From: a virus
Lineage: Duplodnaviria > Caudoviricetes
Virus record (IMG/VR): IMGVR_UViG_3300032069_000010
Location: 749-64,748 of that record
DNA: 64,000 nucleotides
Reading direction: 5' to 3' (one strand)
Part shown: positions 58,902 through 64,000 of the stretch, piece after piece
How positions within the stretch are numbered: position 1 is the first letter of the stretch
Layout: every line of letters starts with the position of its first letter
Notes under the pieces: model-generated
Told to the model about the DNA's origin: nothing
Seen by the model: only the letters and a program-made list of their open reading frames with translations
The model's database searches: none
Position numbers and translations under genes: made by a program

Positions 58902-61900
58902 CAGTTAAGCTCCAAATCAACCAAATCCCGCAACGTCTCTACCAGATTCATCATCTGCAACGTCACGATATGAAAACCATCAGACCTATCTAATCCGTCA
59001 CTTCCATCTTCCTTCTTAGAAACCATCTCTTTAGGGTTCAGGCCACCCACCTGCGGAGTCGTCATTCCTGTCGCCCCGGCAGCCCTCAGTGACGGCGTTG
59101 TTGCTTTTTTGGGGGATGGTGAGGTAAGGGGTGCAGGTTTATCTTTTAATACGGCTGCAATTTCTTCATCGGACAGACCAAGAAAACTTCGGAGAATGAA
59201 CTCATCGCCAAGGATCTGCATGTCCACCCGATATATCTTGGCAACCTCTGCCTTCAGCTTTTCCATCGTCCATTTCCGCATCTCGTCAACCATGGAAATG
59301 GGTGCGAATAAAATCTGATACATGCCCTCAACCGGAACGATCCCCTGCAGAATGAGATGATAATTAAATAACTGCGAAAGTCCATTTCTTAAGCCCTTCC
59401 GAATCCTCCCAACCGTCCTTGCAAACTGAATGTCCTCTTCAACGATCGTTGAATTATGAACAAGCACTCCACCTGTCCCCGCATCGCAAACGAAGAAATT
59501 ATGTAGCGATTCGACTGTTATATCTCCTGTATCTTCCGGTTCTTTGATTTCACGGACGCTTACTATGCGATGGTTTGGTAATGGAATCAACCCTGCACGG
59601 AATTTATTCCCCCAAGTGTTGGAGCATCTTATTGAACAAAACTTTCTCGGTCTATATCGTTTTGTAGAAAATATATCACCACAGAATATACATACAGCCA
59701 TTATTCTCTTTAACTGACCAATATGTTTACACCTCTTACTGCAATACTTCTTCCTTTCAAGTTTGGAAGGCATGACTAACATTTCTTTCCCGCATACTTC
59801 ACATAATTTCTTAATTCCGCCAACACCCCTAGCCTCAACGCTTCTTTTCCCAGCACACTGTCTAGAACACACAACCTTCTTTTTCCTAGAAAGTGGCACT
59901 GTGAATTTAGTCCCACATGTCAAGCATTCTTTTGTTATGAAAGTTGTCTGCGGATATCTATCAGCACGTGGATCATTACTCGCCTTTGTAACGCCTTTGT
60001 TCCAAGGACCGTGTTCATTCCTAAATTCATTAAGTTTCTTAAATCTATCAGTTTTATGAGTAGAAAGATGATCTTCAAAAGATAACAAAATTAAATTTTT
60101 TGGGTCGTTATTCCTCCTATTCCTATCCGCATGATGAATATTTGGTCTTGGAATTTTTGATAATTCATCGGCATAGGAAATTTCTGCAACTCTTTGGTGG
60201 GTTAGAACTACACCACCCCAAGGATCGTATATTTTTTCATAGCCGTTGTAAGACTTGGATTTCCTTATGGACCTTCGCAACGGCATTAATTGTTGTCCGC
60301 GTTTAAGGTCAACAGCATTAGCAACTGAACCATCTAACAGAAACCATTTGTGTTCTGGGGTGCATCTAATTTTTGTCCCATCGTCCAACTTTACTTCAAC
60401 AACATCTGCCATTCTTTTAGTTACTCCAGCCCATATTACTTTCCCTGGAACAATCATTTTCTTTTCTTTATCCCATGAGTATACGTAAGGCAGAAATCCA
60501 CTTTTTTCATATTCGTCAATTATTTCTCTAAGAGTCTGTATTTTGTCGTCTAGACATGGAATTCGTGTATCCAAACCAAGACACTTTGCCTTCACGTCCT
60601 TTTCAAGGCCCACAAAAGCCTTCGGGACCTTCAACCCTGCAAACAGCTTCGTTTGGAAATGCTCAACGTCCCGTATATTGCCAAGATTCGTAGCCCCCTG
60701 GAGAACTCCTACATCAGCCTTCGATTCTTTCGTTACCCCAACATAGAAATCCTCCTCTGCCGTGAGGGGATTCTGAGCGGTCTCAAGTTTCCCTGTCAGC
60801 GGATTTATTAACCTCTTCTTCTTGAACTCGTTTTTGACCTTCTTTATGTAGTCCTCGCGTTCCTCCTTATCCATTCCCTCCACATCGACCAGAATCTTAT
60901 ATCTCAACTGCGACCTGGTCAGCCTGGAAATAACCATACCATCTTCCATTAGCTGCAACTGCTTATAGACTCGACGGATCGACTTCATCACGCTCTCGCC
61001 ATACATCTTCTTCATTCCGCCATTTTTCCAATGGATGATCTGCCAGGGCTCAAACTCAGCAACTGTAACCCCAGTCATTTCATCCTTTTGGACGTATGGC
61101 TTTTCTTTCACCCTTCCATACTCATCAACATTCTTAAACATCGTGTATGGTTCGAGATTCTTTAACCGGACAATCAGGCCTTTATCATTGACCACATTTT
61201 CATCAAAATCGTCGCCCATCTTAGCCATCGCCCTGGCGGTATCCCAAATCATCTCCTTAACTTTCGTCCTCTCGATTATCTCGTTGATGATATTCTGAAC
61301 CCTTATATCCTTCGCCTTGACCTCGAATGGGTCGCCAGCTTCATTCCGGTCTTTCGTCGCGTTATCCGCATAAAGGTCAAGGGAATTGTGGACAAAAAAC
61401 CCTTCGCAAGCAAAATTACGATAACCTGGCACCGAAAGATCGTAGACATCCTCTTTTCCGGCGTACTCTATCTTTAGAACACAATGATTCAGCGCCATCC
61501 TCTGAGTGCTGAACATTTCAACCCTTCTCCTTTTAGCCGTGGCGTAGCTGACATTAAAATATCGTGCTGCATCAGCAACAGTGCCACCATTACTCAATAT
61601 CTCCGCCATTTGGGACTTATCCAGAAAGATTTTTCTTCTTTGATTCGCCTCGGCTAAAGCCATCCGCCACTTTTCTGGTTTTTTTACGCCAGTCCTCTGA
61701 TCAGATAGTAATTTTCTGGCCTCATCGCTGAACCTATTCCCTTTGGCAAAAGAATTCCCACACATTCTTGTTGATTGAATAAGCCTTTCTTCTTGTGTCC
61801 AAACATGTGTTGGAATTTTTCCTCCATGCTTCTTCCTTGTATTCCTGAAATGAATATCGCCATGTTCATTCTTAGATAGAACCTCAATGTTATCGGGGTG

Positions 61901-62578
61901 GTCATTCAGCTTGTTGAAATCTATATGATGAACCGCGACGTCTCTATTTGGGTATAAACCGTATTTGTAAAGGGCCGACAACCGGTACACAAACCCCCAC
62001 CTTTTCCTAGCGTTATAATCCTCATCGGGTTGGAAAACCTGTTTATACCCAGACCTACCAATCCTCATATAAAAAGGCATTAGTGAATCATACGGTTTCA
62101 GTTCGTCAACTCTTTTATAAGACCCATCTCTCATCATAAACGGGTGATTTCCAGTCGCCCTTATAATGCGGCCATCATCAAGACTCACATCAAAAACATC
62201 CTTGTTTTCTCCGGTCTTAACGGCACCCCCGTTGGTCTTTGCGAGGCAGATCTTTTTCGAGCAATGATCGTAGGTAAAAACGACAACATCACCCCTGGAG
62301 CACAGATCTTTGATGCGAACAGGTCCATCAATTGTCTGGATAAGGGTATTCCCACCCAAACACGTGCTGATTTCAGGATACTCCTCGTCCATCAACACAT
62401 AATCTCCGTACTTTGCCTTCCGTGTCCTTTCTAACTGAACCTGCTTGTAGTAATACGATGCCACACTGACATCGAGACTACTTTCCGTCGTCTCCTCTCT
62501 GCGTGCTGGCCTCTCCGCTGTCTTATGGAAAATAGAACTAATCTTATCAATCAATGGGATATTTACCTTGACTTCCAT
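58901..62578 (-). CDS. portal protein, T4 gp20-like, with two inteins
   Basis: QLQLMEDGMVISR, EEDFYV, LQGATNLGNIRDV..KLFAGLKVP, EEDIQFAR; spliced length 522 aa. Confidence 0.92.
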   Translation of the reverse strand: MEVKVNIPLIDKISSIFHKTAERPARREETTESSLDVSVASYYYKQVQLERTRKAKYGDYVLMDEEYPEISTCLGGNTLIQTIDGPVRIKDLCSRGDVVVFTYDHCSKKICLAKTNGGAVKTGENKDVFDVSLDDGRIIRATGNHPFMMRDGSYKRVDELKPYDSLMPFYMRIGRSGYKQVFQPDEDYNARKRWGFVYRLSALYKYGLYPNRDVAVHHIDFNKLNDHPDNIEVLSKNEHGDIHFRNTRKKHGGKIPTHVWTQEERLIQSTRMCGNSFAKGNRFSDEARKLLSDQRTGVKKPEKWRMALAEANQRRKIFLDKSQMAEILSNGGTVADAARYFNVSYATAKRRRVEMFSTQRMALNHCVLKIEYAGKEDVYDLSVPGYRNFACEGFFVHNSLDLYADNATKDRNEAGDPFEVKAKDIRVQNIINEIIERTKVKEMIWDTARAMAKMGDDFDENVVNDKGLIVRLKNLEPYTMFKNVDEYGRVKEKPYVQKDEMTGVTVAEFEPWQIIHWKNGGMKKMYGESVMKSIRRVYKQLQLMEDGMVISRLTRSQLRYKILVDVEGMDKEEREDYIKKVKNEFKKKRLINPLTGKLETAQNPLTAEEDFYVGVTKESKADVGVLQGATNLGNIRDVEHFQTKLFAGLKVPKAFVGLEKDVKAKCLGLDTRIPCLDDKIQTLREIIDEYEKSGFLPYVYSWDKEKKMIVPGKVIWAGVTKRMADVVEVKLDDGTKIRCTPEHKWFLLDGSVANAVDLKRGQQLMPLRRSIRKSKSYNGYEKIYDPWGGVVLTHQRVAEISYADELSKIPRPNIHHADRNRRNNDPKNLILLSFEDHLSTHKTDRFKKLNEFRNEHGPWNKGVTKASNDPRADRYPQTTFITKECLTCGTKFTVPLSRKKKVVCSRQCAGKRSVEARGVGGIKKLCEVCGKEMLVMPSKLERKKYCSKRCKHIGQLKRIMAVCIFCGDIFSTKRYRPRKFCSIRCSNTWGNKFRAGLIPLPNHRIVSVREIKEPEDTGDITVESLHNFFVCDAGTGGVLVHNSTIVEEDIQFARTVGRIRKGLRNGLSQLFNYHLILQGIVPVEGMYQILFAPISMVDEMRKWTMEKLKAEVAKIYRVDMQILGDEFILRSFLGLSDEEIAAVLKDKPAPLTSPSPKKATTPSLRAAGATGMTTPQVGGLNPKEMVSKKEDGSDGLDRSDGFHIVTLQMMNLVETLRDLVDLELN
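59453..60583 (-). mobile_element. intein 2 with HNH endonuclease and Cys-rich zinc-finger repeats
   Basis: K|CLGLDT..CTPEHKW..GDITV..HNFF..VHN|S; HHADRNRRNN..NL; several CxxC..CSxxC units. Confidence 0.9.
61385..62362 (-). mobile_element. intein 1 with HNH endonuclease
   Basis: T|CLGGNT..ATGNHPF..VYDLSV..FVHN|S; HHIDFNKLND..N..H. Confidence 0.9.
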
Positions 62579-62623
62579 ATCCTAATCTTTCGAGGACCTT
62601 TCCGTTCCTTTATCAGATCTACA

Positions 62624-62665
62624 TAAAAAATAGGCGCCCCTATTGGCTTTTGAGCCAGGGTGCCT
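62624..62665 (-). terminator. intrinsic terminator upstream of portal
   Basis: AGGCACCCT-GGCT..AGCC-AGGGGCGCCT-ATTTTTT on minus strand, ~45 nt before the portal ATG. Confidence 0.55.
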
Positions 62666-62867
62666 GCCGGGATGGGAGGAAATAGAGATAAATTTTTATC
62701 ATCTCATACAAATGTACCCTAACTGTCAGAAATTAAAAGGTTTGTCAATCAGATAAAAAATACTGATGTCACATCTGCTATTAAATAGCACAAAAATTAA
62801 CTGCCTCGATCAAGATTTGACCTGATAGATAATCTCAAAACAAATCTTGACTCCTGATCCAGTGCTG

Positions 62868-63150
62868 GTCGGGTAGACCTGAGCGGCTACCCATTCAGCC
62901 CCTCCACAGATTCGGACATGCAGATTTCCCGCATCCGGCTCCTCAGATTACGGATTCGCTGCTCAACGATAAATTGAGTGCACCACAAACTGCTGATGGA
63001 AGAGGATACCGCTTTAGGATGTAATCGAACCGATCCCACGTCATGTTAGACTGTTGAGAAGGACGATTAAGCCATTTGTGCTCATAAGGAAATCGTGACA
63101 GGGCTGATTCATTTCCCATGGTCCCATCATACTCGAAATGCCCTGCCTTT
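62868..63150 (-). pseudogene. group II intron 3' remnant (maturase C-terminus, domain V, domain VI)
   Basis: GAGCCGGATGCGGGAAATCTGCATGTCCGAATCTGTGGAGGGG (DV) and ..CTACCCGAC end; upstream HKWLNRPSQ..MTWDRF..LKRYPLP. Confidence 0.85.
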
Positions 63151-63477
63151 GGGTGTTCCGGTGAGAGATAAGGATTTAGTTACCATTACAGGGAAGATCG
63201 GTTTCCGTATAAGAGGAGTGAAGACGATTGAATATTTCCTGGCTGAGGAAATCGAACGATTTGGAAAAAAATTTTCAAATCTGAAGCTTTTATTAATATG
63301 AACAGGGGATGATGACCCGAAGGAGGCTCAGAAGAGAATCAACTGGCTCGACTGCAAACAATAGGTGTTTGTATAAGAAAATTTGATTTCTATTATGATG
63401 AGTGATCAGCATTAACCAAATAAAGAGGGAACCGTCTTACTGGAAAAAACTTTAACCAGCGTGATTTAACCGCAGTG

Positions 63478-63507
63478 TCCGGAGTTCGAATCACTATGTC
63501 GCTACCA
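63478..63507 (+). other. possible degenerate tRNA 3' fragment (att-like)
   Basis: GGAGTTCGAATC..CGCTACCA followed by AT-rich ATAACATCAATGATTTA; imperfect T-stem. Confidence 0.3.
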
Positions 63508-64000
63508 ATAACATCAATGATTTATACCAAAACAGAGCCCCCATTTTGCAGGACTGCAGTAATATTGCAGTAGTTAACCCTTTTCCCTTCTTACTCTTCC
63601 TCTACGAAAGGTAATTTTATCAATATAATTAATTTATTAACCCTGCCTATTCTTTATACAAAATGGTGGGGGTGGCTAATTTCAAGTGCGGGAAGATCCT
63701 CTTCCACAGCTATTCAACATCTTTTGTGGATTTCAAAACGGGGATGATCTCTGATCAGTGGCGATTTGTCATTGGGTTAGACTGTTCTCCCTCTGTGGTG
63801 CGGACGGAATTGTTTAGTGCACCTACTAATCCATAGCCTGAAATGACTCTGATGACCAACGATTACTGGTAGAAGAACTAAACCGCTGCGCGGTAGACTT
63901 TGCAAATTTTCTTTTTTGGCCCAAGTCACCTATCCCTCCACTTGATTACATCAGGGTTTTTTGTCTCTTGTTGATCGGATCGAATCTCCATACAATTTCC

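Noticed and set aside
63440-63507. Complete tRNA gene
   Set aside because: No D arm, anticodon arm or acceptor-stem pairing could be built; at most a 3' fragment.

Overview
Nearly the whole window is one temperate-looking phage/prophage read almost entirely on the minus strand. From right to left it contains: (1) a probable edge with a decayed group II intron 3' end and a possible tRNA-fragment att remnant; (2) a T4-gp20-like portal with two HNH-type inteins; (3) a ~9.3 kb array of seven cassettes sharing the leader 'helix-(L/I/F)xE|GGxGSG(N/H)(W/F)GHxGRPGxxGGS', fused to different cargoes (MuF-linked ADP-ribosyltransferase and GNAT, HExxH metallopeptidase, second GNAT, PI3/4K/HipA-like kinase, basic proteins) and interleaved with tiny partner ORFs; (4) a lysis cassette and a LamG/repeat virion protein; (5) a gp21-like prohead protease/scaffold and gp23-like major capsid protein, followed by a GT9 glycosyltransferase and two methyltransferases; (6) neck and apparently non-contractile tail genes with a -1 frameshift chaperone and two solitary type I-C CRISPR repeats directly before tail-gene RBSs; (7) a ~1 kb AT-rich ori-like region and a Panacea (DUF4065) TA pair; (8) ~17 kb of small early/accessory genes; (9) an IS1341-like TnpB element. 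No terminase, integrase or replication protein was recognised inside the window. The best candidate for an undescribed system is the protease-processed, capsid-packaged polymorphic effector array. The solitary CRISPR repeats are second. All product calls come from motif recognition by eye, with no database searches.
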